Positions 1-10,241 of a stretch of DNA of 48,566 nt are shown here, one piece after another; position 1 is the stretch's first letter; each line of letters starts with the position of its first letter. The stretch lies in IMG/VR virus record IMGVR_UViG_2636415673_000004, positions 1 through 48,566 of that record. The stretch is one strand, 5' to 3'. Source of the DNA: a virus (Duplodnaviria > Heunggongvirae > Uroviricota > Caudoviricetes). A program made the translations under genes and the position numbers. Under the pieces are notes generated by a model, which was not told where the DNA came from, ran no database searches, and was given only the letters and a program-made list of their open reading frames with translations.

Positions 1-234
1 ATGAAATCAAAAGACACCCTAAAGTGGTTCCCTGCGCAGCTTCCTGAAGTAAGAATTATCCTAGGGGATGCTGTAGTGGAAGTAGCAAAACAGGGAAGAC
101 CTATCAATACCAGAACATTGCTTGATTACATTGAAGGAAACATAAAGAAAAAATCATGGCTGGATAACAAAGAATTATTACAAACAGCGATATCAGTTCT
201 TAAAGACAACCAAAATTTAAATGGTAAAATGTAA
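1..234 (+). CDS. ydfK: YdfK/YnaE-like prophage cold-shock protein (77 aa)
   Basis: ORF-track protein MKSKDTLKWFPAQLPEV... matches my recollection of the 77-aa Qin/Rac YdfK/YnaE; ATG at position 1. Confidence 0.6.
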   Translation: MKSKDTLKWFPAQLPEVRIILGDAVVEVAKQGRPINTRTLLDYIEGNIKKKSWLDNKELLQTAISVLKDNQNLNGKM

Positions 235-550
235 TATAATAAACTTACTTTTTTATCATTTTTCCACTTTAACAACATTTTGCTCCACTTTTCCACGACC
301 AAACAACTTGAAATCTGGTTAAAATAACACGCAACACTATTCTTCTTCCTTGAGTCCTCCCGGAACTCGAAAAACAAACCGAGTTAAAGCCATTTTTCAC
401 AAAATCGATTTTGGGTCTCACCAAAATTACGGGGTTGCATACGCATTCGTTTATTTTCGAACGTGTACATACAAATATGCACAAAAATAATCATAATTAT
501 TTTCTGAGATGCATTATGATATGAACACCAATTTCGTATAGAGTCTCACT

Positions 551-1141
551 ATGTCTCGAATTTTTGCTTACTGTCGGATATCAACGCTGGATCAGACCAC
601 CGAAAATCAACGCCGGGAAATCGAAAGTGCAGGTTTTAACATCAAATCTCAGCAAATAATCGAAGAACACATTAGCGGCTCAGCAGCAACCAGTGAGCGT
701 CCTGGTTTTAACCGGTTGCTTGCTCGCCTGAAATGTGGTGATCAATTGATTGTGACAAAACTGGATCGCCTTGGTTGTAATGCAATGGATATCAGGAAAA
801 CAGTGGAACAACTGACCGAAACAGGTATCAGAGTGCATTGCTTAGCATTGGGGGGCATTGACCTGACCAGTCCAACAGGAAAAATGATGATGCAAGTAAT
901 TTCAGCAGTCGCTGAATTTGAACGAGACCTTTTACTTGAACGCACTCATTCCGGGATAGTAAGAGCCCGCGGCGCAGGGAAACGTTTTGGTCGACCACCT
1001 GTGTTAAATGAAGAACAGAAACAGGTGGTATTCGAACGAATTAAGTCAGGTGTAAGTATAAGTGCCATTGCCCGGGAATTCAAAACCTCGCGGCAAACCA
1101 TTTTAAGAGCCAAAGCAAAACTTCAGACACCTGACATATAA
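551..1141 (+). CDS. pinQ: Serine recombinase, Pin/Gin/Hin-family DNA invertase (196 aa)
   Basis: N-terminal catalytic motif [10 protein letters not shown] and C-terminal HTH; same length as PinQ/PinR; lies next to tail-fibre genes. Confidence 0.9.
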   Translation: MSRIFAYCRISTLDQTTENQRREIESAGFNIKSQQIIEEHISGSAATSERPGFNRLLARLKCGDQLIVTKLDRLGCNAMDIRKTVEQLTETGIRVHCLALGGIDLTSPTGKMMMQVISAVAEFERDLLLERTHSGIVRARGAGKRFGRPPVLNEEQKQVVFERIKSGVSISAIAREFKTSRQTILRAKAKLQTPDI

Positions 1142-1368
1142 AAAATAATCTCGGTGTGAGATGCTTTACGTCTTCCAAGCCCCCTTCCTTGCCGTAAATG
1201 GAAAGATACATCTAATTATAGAATTTATATGTTTTACCCTACGGCAGTGCTGGCCATTCAATATCCTGTGCAGTTGACGTATCAACACGGTTCAGCAATA
1301 CCCGATACTTTTTCCATGCTTCCAGCAATGAGATTTCTTCCTCCGTTGCATATACAGCTCACCTTTTT

Positions 1369-1662
1369 TCACCCACGATTAACCAACAGCCAGACCAGCA
1401 GACACGCCACCACCGGCACAGCAAAATCTATCAGGCTTGCCACATCCCAAACACGCGGATCAAAACCGCCCCACCACGGCATGTTAATCCGCTTGCAATG
1501 CCCGAACATTTCAATCCAGCGATATTCTGCCTGGGTGTGTTCCCGCGCAATGAAGAATGTACAACCGGCTATCGCCCCGTAAGCCCAGTTTCCGGTAAAA
1601 AGACCAACCAGTACCTGCGCAGCCACAGCACAAAGCGCATGAAGAAAAGGTGTTATATCCAT
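1369..1662 (-). CDS. Small hydrophobic (probable inner-membrane) protein; start uncertain (1662, 1668 or 1692)
   Basis: ORF with hydrophobic segments directly downstream of the S74 fibre gene; AGGA lies 5 nt before the ATG at 1662. Confidence 0.4.
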   Translation of the reverse strand: MDITPFLHALCAVAAQVLVGLFTGNWAYGAIAGCTFFIAREHTQAEYRWIEMFGHCKRINMPWWGGFDPRVWDVASLIDFAVPVVACLLVWLLVNRG

Positions 1663-1703
1663 TTTCATCCTACCCAATAAAACGGGGCGCATAGCCCTTA
1701 ATA

Positions 1704-2744
1704 TTATTTAGACGCAAGCGTCGCCTCAATTGCAGATAATCTTTGCCTTAATTCTGCGTTTTCTTCTTCCAGTACTGTTATTCTGTCGTCTGACTCTCTG
1801 GCTACCTGAACAAGCAAGCCAGTAACACCAGAATAATCTACTGTGTAATAACGTTCACCTTCTTCACCTTCCGATCCGCTTGCACCGTCCTGATATTTCA
1901 TTGCGGAACCGACAACTTCTGGGATTGCTTCCAGAGCTTCCTGTGCAATGACACCTGCATAGGGCATACCGTTTTCTTTAAGCGTGTATGTATAGCCGTT
2001 CATTTTACGGATGCGGTCGGTTGCATTATCGATCACCTGAATGTTGTCTTTCAGATCCCGGTCGGAATGCTGGTTAAATGCGGTGGCATGACATGCACCA
2101 TTAACGCTTAACATATAGGTGTTATCGGTATTTTTCTGCGCATAGAACATATACGCGCCACCATCAGCACCAACTTCATATACAACCGGACGGGTAGAGT
2201 TACCCCACAAACTAGTAGTAGCGCCAGAATGAGCGGTCCCCTGTGTGTTTAATGTCATGGTTGACCCATGATTGGCATATTTGATTTGTAATGTGTCTGT
2301 GCAGTCAAACTTAATAAGCGCGTTACTTCCCCGCACACCATACGACATGAGACAGTTCCCCATCTTAAGGTAACCATCACTGCCTGGAAAAATTAATGTT
2401 CCGCCGTAAAGATCGCTAAAATCCCAAAAGATACCTTTTGTTCCATTGTGTGTGACAATCCTTGTCATTGTATCTTTTGTACCGTCAATATTTTTTCTGG
2501 TGTACATCTCACTATAAGCGTTTTCGGTTTCTCCTGTCTTATTTGACAAGTGAATCTTACCGCTAAATATAGTTCCAGTGGTCGGCAATGCCTTTTGATC
2601 ATAGATTACATTGCAATAACTATTCCATGTTGTTTTATTGTCTACATATGATTTTGTTGCATAGCTTCCTTGATCAGTTTTTAGTTTACTAACATCGGAT
2701 TTTAGCGTTTTGATGTCATCAGGAATTACTGTTTTTGTAACCAT
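1704..2744 (-). CDS. Tail fibre/tail spike-like protein with C-terminal intramolecular-chaperone (peptidase S74) domain (346 aa)
   Basis: C-terminal DLKDNIQ...GYTYT...AGVIAQE...YYTVDYSGVTGLL block followed by a coiled-coil tail is typical of self-cleaving fibre chaperone domains; GGAG RBS 7 nt upstream. Confidence 0.6.
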   Translation of the reverse strand: MVTKTVIPDDIKTLKSDVSKLKTDQGSYATKSYVDNKTTWNSYCNVIYDQKALPTTGTIFSGKIHLSNKTGETENAYSEMYTRKNIDGTKDTMTRIVTHNGTKGIFWDFSDLYGGTLIFPGSDGYLKMGNCLMSYGVRGSNALIKFDCTDTLQIKYANHGSTMTLNTQGTAHSGATTSLWGNSTRPVVYEVGADGGAYMFYAQKNTDNTYMLSVNGACHATAFNQHSDRDLKDNIQVIDNATDRIRKMNGYTYTLKENGMPYAGVIAQEALEAIPEVVGSAMKYQDGASGSEGEEGERYYTVDYSGVTGLLVQVARESDDRITVLEEENAELRQRLSAIEATLASK

Positions 2745-2756
2745 TGTCTTACTCCA

Positions 2757-3026
2757 TTAAGCCCATGTCCTTACATGCTGATCTGTCGTAATGAAAGGCA
2801 TTAAAGAAGATATGTTTTTACTGCTATCAACAATCCTCATGTTTACGAAAAAACCACCGCGATCAATGCCTGTACATCTTTCGTTTTCTGGCTCCTCGTA
2901 ATCGATAATGCAGCCAATAACATCAACAAGAACCCCGTTTTCTTCTTCAAGACTGAACAGGCCACTGTCATATACAATTGCGTTAAACTGTTCTCTGTTA
3001 TCGAATCGTAATGTTATATCTCGCAT
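2757..3026 (-). CDS. Hypothetical protein (89 aa), translationally coupled to stf; possible fibre accessory/assembly factor
   Basis: ATG overlaps the stf stop as TAATG; no recognisable domain. Confidence 0.4.
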   Translation of the reverse strand: MRDITLRFDNREQFNAIVYDSGLFSLEEENGVLVDVIGCIIDYEEPENERCTGIDRGGFFVNMRIVDSSKNISSLMPFITTDQHVRTWA

Positions 3027-5383
3027 TATACGTATTCCTTAAGCTGCGTATCTGACAATGCTCTGTTCCAGAAACGGAGGTTTTTTATATGACCATTAAG
3101 GTGTCGTAATCCTGTCGTCGTTTGCCCCCCGATACGAATCACGGCTGCTTCACGAATATATTTCCATACTGTTTTTGTTTCAGCGCTTATATGCTTATTT
3201 GCAAATGAGCATGTCATGCCGTCAGCCTTAACCCTGAATCCCATAACGAGATCCCTTACTCCGCATGATTCATATACACGTCGGTTAGCCCCGCCTATAT
3301 CGCAATACGAATAACCGTCCTGACTGATAGTTCCAGAAGAACCAAACCCCATAATAAATGGGCCTCCGGACTGGTGATTTTCTGAATCAATGACACGCGG
3401 TGCAGCATTATGAGAAATAAACCAGTTTTTATGGACTTCCACCATGAACGTAAAAGGCATGGTATACATATTTTTCATCAGCGGAAATTTACATAAATCT
3501 GATGCACGAGTCGCTGGCTCTGTTGTCGTTATGATGAAGGAAGTTGCACAAGCACCATACTCGAATTGCGGGGTGGTTACTTCTATCCAGTCACCTGTTG
3601 CAAAAGCTCCCACAGCTCTGTCGGCTGCAATTTGCAGCTGCGTACCAACCATTCCCCATTCTGGCAGACATTTCAGTGTTGCCTGAAAATATATCCATCC
3701 ACTACCAGGGTCGATTTCAAAGTTTGCTGTTAATAGCTGGGCATTGCCACCAGTAATTTGTAGTTCATGGGTCTGTAATGACAAATAGGCGTCGCAAAGG
3801 AAGGTGTATCCTTCCGAGTTATACCGTTCAAAACGGATACGTGCGCGAACATTGAGATCACTTCTTACCCTGAACGACGCGGTAACATACGGACCTTTAC
3901 TGTACTGATCATCGCCAGTCACATCTATGCCTTTGTTACCAGCAACTGTGCATATATTTCTCCCTGTTGTCGTTCCTGCTATATCGCTTCCTACCGTGAA
4001 ACGTCCATATTTAAACTCAAATTCATCTGTTGATGATGTTACAGATATACCACCGCTTTTATTCCACGCATCAGGATTAAAACTATTTACGAACATGTTT
4101 GTTCGCTGATTCTCTATCAGCAAACCATATTTTTCAAAACGAGGAACGTTATTACCTGCCACGGTAATATGCCCGGACTTATCAATATACGTTGCAGATG
4201 AAGCCCGGCTAAATTGGCATATGCCATTAACTGGCACAGTGATTTCATCGCTGCCGATGGTTATTGTTTTATACCCCGGCGCATACCCTGTTATCGCTTC
4301 CAGAGAATCATTCAAGGGTAGCCAGATATCAGGAAGCGGAGGGACAGAAGCAGGATCAGCGGCATCTTCTGCAATCCGGGCTGCATTCTCTGCTCTTGTT
4401 GCGGCTGACGTTGCTTCTGTCTCGCTGGCTGCTGCTTTTGTTTCGCTCGCCTTTGCGTTAGTTTCACTGGTTTTTGCAGCTTTTTGGCTATTAGCTGCCG
4501 CTGTTGCAGAACCAGCTGCAGCACTCTCGCTTTCGGCTGCTGCATCCTGACTGCTTTTCGCCGCAGTTTCGCTGGCTTTGGCATTCGTTTCGCTGGTCTT
4601 CGCTGCCGTCTGGCTGGACTTTGCGTTAGTTTCACTCGTCTTCGCAGCTTTCTGGCTGTTAGCCGCAGCAGTTGCTGATCCAGCTGCTGAAGTCGCAGAA
4701 CCGGCTGCCGCGCTCTCGCTTTGGGCTGCTGCAACCTGGCTGTTTTTTGCCGCAGTTTCACTGGCTTTGGCATTCGTTTCGCTGGTCTTCGCTGCCGTCT
4801 GGCTGGACTTTGCGTTGGTTTCGCTCGTCTTTGCGGCTGTCTCGCTGTTTTTCGCGTTGGTTTCTGATTTTTTGGCTGCTGTCGCGGAGTTTGCCGATGC
4901 AGTCTGTGAGGTCGCTGCCGCCTGTGCGCTGTTAGCTGCATTCGTTTCTGAGGTTTTCGCCGCGTTCTTCGATGATGCCGCTGCAGTTTCGGATTTCTTT
5001 GCCGCCGCTGCGCTCTGAGAGGCGGCTTCGGCGTTGCGTGCCGCTTCTTCCACCATTTCCTCAAAACGGCGCAATGCCTCCGGCATGACATCATCTTCCG
5101 TCATGGCACCGAGAAAATCATTCAGCGTACCTGGTCTGGAACCTTCATAGACGGTAATGGTCCCGGCATGTGAAGGCGGAAAACCTTCAACCAGCAGGGT
5201 GACGCTGTACTGGCCATACTCAACATCCATGCTGTAACGCCCGGCTTCATCAGGATTTTCAGAGGCCACCGTGTTCACCAGTACCGTGGTGCTGTTACGC
5301 TTTGCCTTCAGTTGAATAGTGCAGTTCTGTATTGGTTTTCCCGCACCATCTTTCAGCACACCTGAGATTTTTACTGCTGCCAT
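3026..5383 (-). CDS. stf: Side tail fibre protein Stf (about 785 aa) with lambda-Stf-like N-terminus, Ala/Ser/Thr tandem repeats and LamG-like C-terminal domain
   Basis: N-terminus MAAVKISGVLKDG... resembles lambda Stf; repeated KTSETNAK units; C-terminus ends in a ...NLRFWNRALSDTQL motif. ATG at 5383 preferred over GTG at 5389. Confidence 0.8.
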   Translation of the reverse strand: MAAVKISGVLKDGAGKPIQNCTIQLKAKRNSTTVLVNTVASENPDEAGRYSMDVEYGQYSVTLLVEGFPPSHAGTITVYEGSRPGTLNDFLGAMTEDDVMPEALRRFEEMVEEAARNAEAASQSAAAAKKSETAAASSKNAAKTSETNAANSAQAAATSQTASANSATAAKKSETNAKNSETAAKTSETNAKSSQTAAKTSETNAKASETAAKNSQVAAAQSESAAAGSATSAAGSATAAANSQKAAKTSETNAKSSQTAAKTSETNAKASETAAKSSQDAAAESESAAAGSATAAANSQKAAKTSETNAKASETKAAASETEATSAATRAENAARIAEDAADPASVPPLPDIWLPLNDSLEAITGYAPGYKTITIGSDEITVPVNGICQFSRASSATYIDKSGHITVAGNNVPRFEKYGLLIENQRTNMFVNSFNPDAWNKSGGISVTSSTDEFEFKYGRFTVGSDIAGTTTGRNICTVAGNKGIDVTGDDQYSKGPYVTASFRVRSDLNVRARIRFERYNSEGYTFLCDAYLSLQTHELQITGGNAQLLTANFEIDPGSGWIYFQATLKCLPEWGMVGTQLQIAADRAVGAFATGDWIEVTTPQFEYGACATSFIITTTEPATRASDLCKFPLMKNMYTMPFTFMVEVHKNWFISHNAAPRVIDSENHQSGGPFIMGFGSSGTISQDGYSYCDIGGANRRVYESCGVRDLVMGFRVKADGMTCSFANKHISAETKTVWKYIREAAVIRIGGQTTTGLRHLNGHIKNLRFWNRALSDTQLKEYV
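4420..4935. repeat. In-frame tandem DNA repeats (about 189-bp period) inside stf
   Basis: The block ccgcagtttc(g/a)ctggctttggcattcgtttcgctggtcttcgctgccgtctggctggactttgcgtt occurs at about 4561 and 4750, with degenerate copies upstream. Confidence 0.7.
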
Positions 5384-5394
5384 ATCCACTCCAC

Positions 5395-5421
5395 AAAAAA
5401 GCCCGCCTGAACCGGCGGGCT
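5395..5421 (-). terminator. Rho-independent terminator downstream of lom
   Basis: Minus-strand AGCCCGCC-GGTTCA-GGCGGGCT followed by TTTTTT. Confidence 0.7.
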
Positions 5422-5447
5422 GTCATAACACTGTGTTACCTGGCTAA

Positions 5448-6047
5448 TCAGAATTTATAACCGACACCCACGATGAAACCGTCAGTGCGCCAGTCACCAC
5501 TGCCGGAACCTTCATAAGCAAGGTCAATGGCCACGGATTCGGTCGGGTTAAACTGCACGCCAGCTCCCCACGCCAGAGACGTGTTGCTGTGGCGACCGTC
5601 ATCACTTCCGGTCAGCACATCGTGCGTTTTCCCCTTGTTGTCAGTTACGCGGAGATAATCCCCGGAGAAAGTCGACACACGGCTGTAAGCCATACCCGCC
5701 ATCGCATACGCGCTGAACCATTCATTCACGCGTACAGACGGCCCCGCCATCACGCTGAACCAGCGGTTACGCACGGAATCTTCATGCCAGCGGGTATCGC
5801 TGTAACGGGTAAGCTGGCGATTCTTGTCTCCTGCATAGCTGAATGACGTCACCAGCCCCAGTGTGTCCGTAAACTCATAACGGTATTTCACGTTAATCCC
5901 GTTAAGATCATCGCTGCCGGGAACGTTCGTCGAGGCATGAAGATACCCCGCGCTCAGCGTGGACTGATGTTCAGATGCCCATGCAGGCGCACCGGATACG
6001 GCCAGACAAATGGCTGCGGACAAAATGGCGGCATAAAGTTTACGCAT
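5448..6047 (-). CDS. lom: Lom outer-membrane protein (Ail/Lom family), 199 aa
   Basis: Signal peptide [24 protein letters not shown] plus beta-barrel-like sequence ending GVGYKF; conserved position after J. Confidence 0.85.
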
Positions 6048-6068
6048 AATTACCTCTCGCTTTTCTGC

Positions 6069-6094
6069 AAAAAAAAGGCACCATTTCTGGTGCC
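6069..6094 (-). terminator. Rho-independent terminator downstream of J
   Basis: Minus-strand GGCACCA-GAAA-TGGTGCC followed by a T8 run. Confidence 0.65.
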
Positions 6095-6113
6095 CGTATA
6101 TGGGTTATAAAAT

Positions 6114-9100
6114 TCAGCTGATACTGATGCCTGCGGTGGCTTTCTTCATCACCACAACCAGCAAATCGCTGATACTTGCTGTGGGATACCAGTCATTTAC
6201 CAGCCATGCTGACACCGAAAACTCCAGCGTCATGTGACCGTGACCGGCAGGCATATCAATAACGCCACTGTAAATCAGCGTATTATCCAGCGCGGTACGG
6301 TTATAAATTTCAGCACCGTTTTTCCGCACTATCAGACGGCATGAGGAGTAAATATCAGTATGCTCTCTCTCATGTTTAGCGCCGCTGAATGCCACCGCCG
6401 GAATAACAATCTGCCGGTCAAACGGCTGATCGTCATAAACCCTGACGGTAATGGTCCCTGATGGCCACCGTTCCGGTGCACGGGAGTCCCGGGGGAAAGC
6501 TTTGCCCACTGTTTTAACGAGATCGCCTTCAATCTGGTTCGCGGACAGTTTTCCCAGAACCCGACAGTTCTCGTTAATCGTGACGTTGTTGAGCGTCCCG
6601 GAGTTCGCATTCACGTTACCGCTGATATCGGCATTTTTCGCCGTCAGCCGCCCATCCGGTGTCAGGGAAAATGCCGGTGGATTTCCACCACTGGTAATGG
6701 TGGGGGCCGTCAGGCGTTTCAGGAACACGTCGTTCATGAATATCTGATTGCCCTGCGCCACAAACATCGGCGTTTCATTCCCGTTTGCCGGGTCAATAAA
6801 CGCGATACGGTTAGCGGCAACCAGAAACTGGCTCAGTTTGCCTTCCTCCGTGTCCTCCATACTGAGGCCAATACCCGCGACATAATGTTTGCCGTCTTTG
6901 GTCTGCTCAATTTTGACAGCCCACATGGCATTCCATTTATCGTTGGCATCCTTCCACTCTTTCGAAAACTCATCCAGTCTGCTGGCGTTATCCTCCGTCA
7001 GATCGACTTTTTCCAGCAGCTCCTTGCCGAGATGGGATTCGGTTATCTTGCCTTTGAAAAAATCCAGGTAACCTTCCGCATCATCGCTCGCCCGACCGAC
7101 GGACTCCACGAATGCCGATTTGCCAACGGTGTTCACACTGCGGATATAAAAGTAATAATCATGGCCCGGTTTGATATTGATACTGGCGGCTATCCAGTAC
7201 AGCCCCGTGCCAAGGTAGCGGGCTGTGGTTTCAACCTGCCTGATATCGGTAATCCGCGTTTCCGAGAACCAGAACTCAAACTGTACCGTCGGATCATAAA
7301 CCGCAAGATGCGGCGTGGCGGTGATCTGAAAATAGCCCGGCGTCAGCTCAATCCTCGACGGTGCTGCCGGTGCGGCAATCCGGAACGATACCGACGCCGG
7401 ATCGCCCTGCTGCCCCCACGCATTTACCGCCCGGACTGTCAGCCTGTAGTTCCCCAGCGCCAGCTGCGTGAAGCGGTATGTGGTTTCCGCCGTCCGGGCC
7501 GTGCTGACCAGCCGCTCACTGCCGTCATCCGCTGCCACGGTCAGGCGAAGCATAAAGCTCACCCCCTTCACCACCTTCGGCGTATCCCAGCGTGCCAGCA
7601 CCTGATACTCCCCGCTGTCTGCGGTGACTTCGGCAGTCAGGTGCTGCACCGCTGGCGGCGTGACACCATTCACCGTGCCGCTCTGGTCGCCGTCAAAGTG
7701 CGCCCCGTTATCCACGATGGCTTCTTTTTCCGGTACATGCTGCACGGCGGTGATGGCATACGTGCCGTCGTCGTTCTCACGGATACTCACGCAGCGGAAC
7801 AGGCGCTGGCGCAGCGTCGGCAGCTTCAGCCCCCATACGCTGTATTCAGCAACGCCGTCAGGAACACGGCTCACTTTCACCTTCACGCCGTCGGTGACGG
7901 ACTGGACCTCCACGCTGACCGGATTGCCACTTCCGTCAACCAGGCTTATCAGCGTGGTACCGGAGGATGGCAGCGTGATTTCACGGTCGAGCGTCAGCGT
8001 CCGGGTCTGGCTGTTCACAGCCAGCACGCGCCCGCCGATGCTGATCCCCGCATAGTCATCATCGCAGATTTCAATAACATCCCCCGGCACATGGCGAAGC
8101 CCTTCGGCACCCACGCTGAAATCCACGGTCTGCGTCTCCAGCAGCTCCGTTTTAATCAGCCACAGCCCGGCGCGGTGTGCCTGCCCCCGACTGGTACAGC
8201 CAAAGGCATCCATCTTCGTGACGTTACGACCGTAACGGGCAATGGCCTGCGTGTCCTCCACAAGCTCTGTCGCCGTCTCCCAGCCGTTATCCGGGTCAAT
8301 CCAGTTCACCTCAACGGCATTATGACGGTCCTTCAGGGCGCTGAAGCTGTAGCGGAACGGCGCGCCATCATCCGGCATCACCACATTACTGCGGTTATAG
8401 GTCCACACCTTATCCGATGGCCGGTCCTGCACGAACGTCAGCGTCTGCCCGTTCCATACCGGCATACAGCGCATCGCCGAGCAGAAATCACTGAGCACAT
8501 CCCACGCCTTGCGCTGTGTGGTCAGGTACGCATTACAGGCGATGCGCGGCTCCGTGCCGCCAAAGCCGTCCGGCACCGACTGGTCGCAGTACTGGCCGAT
8601 GACATACAGCGCCCATTTATCCACATCCGCCGCACCAAGACGTTTCCCCATGCCGTAGCGCGGATGGATCAGCATATCCCACAGACACCAGGCCATGTTG
8701 TTGCTGTATGCCGGTTTTAACGTTCCGTCCCAGATACCGCTGTATTGTCGCGTCTGCGGGTTATAGTTCGACGGCACCTGCAGAATGCGCCCGCGCAGAT
8801 GATAATTACGACTCACCTGCTGACTGCCGAACTGCTCCGAGTCCACCTGTACGCCAACCAGTGCCGTGTTCGGGTAGCACTGTTTCACATCGATGATTTC
8901 GGTGTATGACGACCAGAGCGTTTTGTTCTGCAGCTGGTCTGTGGTGCTGTCCGGCGTCATCCTGCGCATCCGGATATTAAACGGGCGCGGCGGCAGGCTA
9001 CCCACCACCACCGAGGCCAGATACTGCGAGGTGGTTTTGCCCTTAATGGTGATGTCTTTTTCCGTCACCCAGCCACCGTTACGTTGTATCTGAACCAGCA

Positions 9101-9509
9101 GGCGGACTTCCGACGGATTCCTGTCACCCTTTGAGGTGGTTTCCACCAGTGCCTGCACGCCGAAAGTAAAGCGCAGACGGTCGATGTTTGCCGACGTGAT
9201 GGTGCGGGTGATCGGCATGTCATATTTCACTTCCATACCCAGCACCGTCTCGGAGCCGGAGGATTCAAACCCCTCCGGCGGAGTCTGCTCCTGCTCACCT
9301 GCCCGGAACACCACCGTGACACCGGAGATGTTGGTATTCCCCTCAGTGTCCAGCACCGGCGTACTGTTCAGCAGCACGCTTTTTAATCCATCCACCGGAC
9401 CTTCAACCGGCCCTTCGCTGATGGCATCGATCACACTCAGCAACTGCGTGGACTTCAGGTTGTCCTTCGCTTCGCGCGGGGTATGCCCCTTACTGCTTCC
9501 TTTACCCAT
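6114..9509 (-). CDS. J: Tail tip/host-specificity protein J (1131 aa)
   Basis: Matches lambda gpJ over most of its length as recalled ([21 protein letters not shown]...); C-terminal about 150 aa look divergent. Confidence 0.95.
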   Translation of the reverse strand: MGKGSSKGHTPREAKDNLKSTQLLSVIDAISEGPVEGPVDGLKSVLLNSTPVLDTEGNTNISGVTVVFRAGEQEQTPPEGFESSGSETVLGMEVKYDMPITRTITSANIDRLRFTFGVQALVETTSKGDRNPSEVRLLVQIQRNGGWVTEKDITIKGKTTSQYLASVVVGSLPPRPFNIRMRRMTPDSTTDQLQNKTLWSSYTEIIDVKQCYPNTALVGVQVDSEQFGSQQVSRNYHLRGRILQVPSNYNPQTRQYSGIWDGTLKPAYSNNMAWCLWDMLIHPRYGMGKRLGAADVDKWALYVIGQYCDQSVPDGFGGTEPRIACNAYLTTQRKAWDVLSDFCSAMRCMPVWNGQTLTFVQDRPSDKVWTYNRSNVVMPDDGAPFRYSFSALKDRHNAVEVNWIDPDNGWETATELVEDTQAIARYGRNVTKMDAFGCTSRGQAHRAGLWLIKTELLETQTVDFSVGAEGLRHVPGDVIEICDDDYAGISIGGRVLAVNSQTRTLTLDREITLPSSGTTLISLVDGSGNPVSVEVQSVTDGVKVKVSRVPDGVAEYSVWGLKLPTLRQRLFRCVSIRENDDGTYAITAVQHVPEKEAIVDNGAHFDGDQSGTVNGVTPPAVQHLTAEVTADSGEYQVLARWDTPKVVKGVSFMLRLTVAADDGSERLVSTARTAETTYRFTQLALGNYRLTVRAVNAWGQQGDPASVSFRIAAPAAPSRIELTPGYFQITATPHLAVYDPTVQFEFWFSETRITDIRQVETTARYLGTGLYWIAASINIKPGHDYYFYIRSVNTVGKSAFVESVGRASDDAEGYLDFFKGKITESHLGKELLEKVDLTEDNASRLDEFSKEWKDANDKWNAMWAVKIEQTKDGKHYVAGIGLSMEDTEEGKLSQFLVAANRIAFIDPANGNETPMFVAQGNQIFMNDVFLKRLTAPTITSGGNPPAFSLTPDGRLTAKNADISGNVNANSGTLNNVTINENCRVLGKLSANQIEGDLVKTVGKAFPRDSRAPERWPSGTITVRVYDDQPFDRQIVIPAVAFSGAKHEREHTDIYSSCRLIVRKNGAEIYNRTALDNTLIYSGVIDMPAGHGHMTLEFSVSAWLVNDWYPTASISDLLVVVMKKATAGISIS

Positions 9510-9569
9510 TCCTCACGCTCCATAAATGACAAAACCGCCCGCAGGCGGTTTCACATAAAACATTTTGCA

Positions 9570-10241
9570 TCAGCGACCAATCACCACAACCTGACCACCG
9601 TCCCCTTCGTCTGCCGTGCTGATCTCCTGAGAAACCACGCGTGACCCCACGCGCATTTCCCCGTACAGAACAGGCAGAACATTGCCCTGGGCAACCATGT
9701 TATCCAGTGAAGAGAAATAGGTGTTCTGCTTACCGTTATCCGTTGTCTGTGTACGGGGAGTTCTGGCTTTCGGTGCCAGCATCTGCGCCACACCACCGAG
9801 CACCATACTGGCACCGAGAGAAAACAGGATGCCGGTCATACCACCGGCCCCAATGGCTGCCCCCCATGCTGCAAGGGTGGCTCCGGCGGTAAAGAATGAT
9901 CCGGCAATGGCGGCAGCCCCCAGGACAATCTGGAATACGCCACCTGACTTGGCCCCGGCGACTCTGGGAACAATATGAATCACAGCGCCATCAGGCAGAG
10001 TCTCATGTAACTGCGCCGTTAACCCGGACGTGCTGACGTCCCGCCCGGCAATCCGTACCTGATACCAGCCGTCGCTCAGTTTCTGACGAAACGCCGGGAG
10101 CTGTGTGACCAGTGCCCGGATGGCTTCAGCCCCCGTTTTCACACGAAGGTCGATGCGGCGACCAAATCGTTGTAAATCCCCGTAAAGGCAGATGCGCGCC
10201 ATGCCCGGTGACGCCAGAGGGAGTGTGTGCGTCGCTGCCAT
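9570..10241 (-). CDS. I: Tail tip assembly protein I (223 aa)
   Basis: MAATHTLPLASPGMARICLYGDLQRF... matches lambda gpI as recalled. Confidence 0.95.
   Translation of the reverse strand: MAATHTLPLASPGMARICLYGDLQRFGRRIDLRVKTGAEAIRALVTQLPAFRQKLSDGWYQVRIAGRDVSTSGLTAQLHETLPDGAVIHIVPRVAGAKSGGVFQIVLGAAAIAGSFFTAGATLAAWGAAIGAGGMTGILFSLGASMVLGGVAQMLAPKARTPRTQTTDNGKQNTYFSSLDNMVAQGNVLPVLYGEMRVGSRVVSQEISTADEGDGGQVVVIGR

Noticed and set aside
1229-1582. 117-aa plus-strand ORF downstream of pin
   Set aside because: Overlaps the minus-strand membrane-protein gene; Pro/His/Thr-rich with no RBS.
4380-5010. Possible CRISPR array suggested by regular repeats
   Set aside because: The repeats are about 189 bp, in-frame and coding (Stf shaft), without short spacer/repeat alternation; the iterons at 36510..36665 are likewise coding and irregular.
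4312-5094. 260-aa Arg/Gln/Lys-rich ORF (and several plus-strand Ala/Leu-rich ORFs) within stf
   Set aside because: Low-complexity translations of the tandem-repeat DNA in alternative frames; the Stf frame is the only one with coherent sequence.
6885-8720. 611-aa ORF on the plus strand
   Set aside because: Lies entirely antisense to J, is Arg/Pro/His-rich, and has no start context; a GC-rich antisense artefact.
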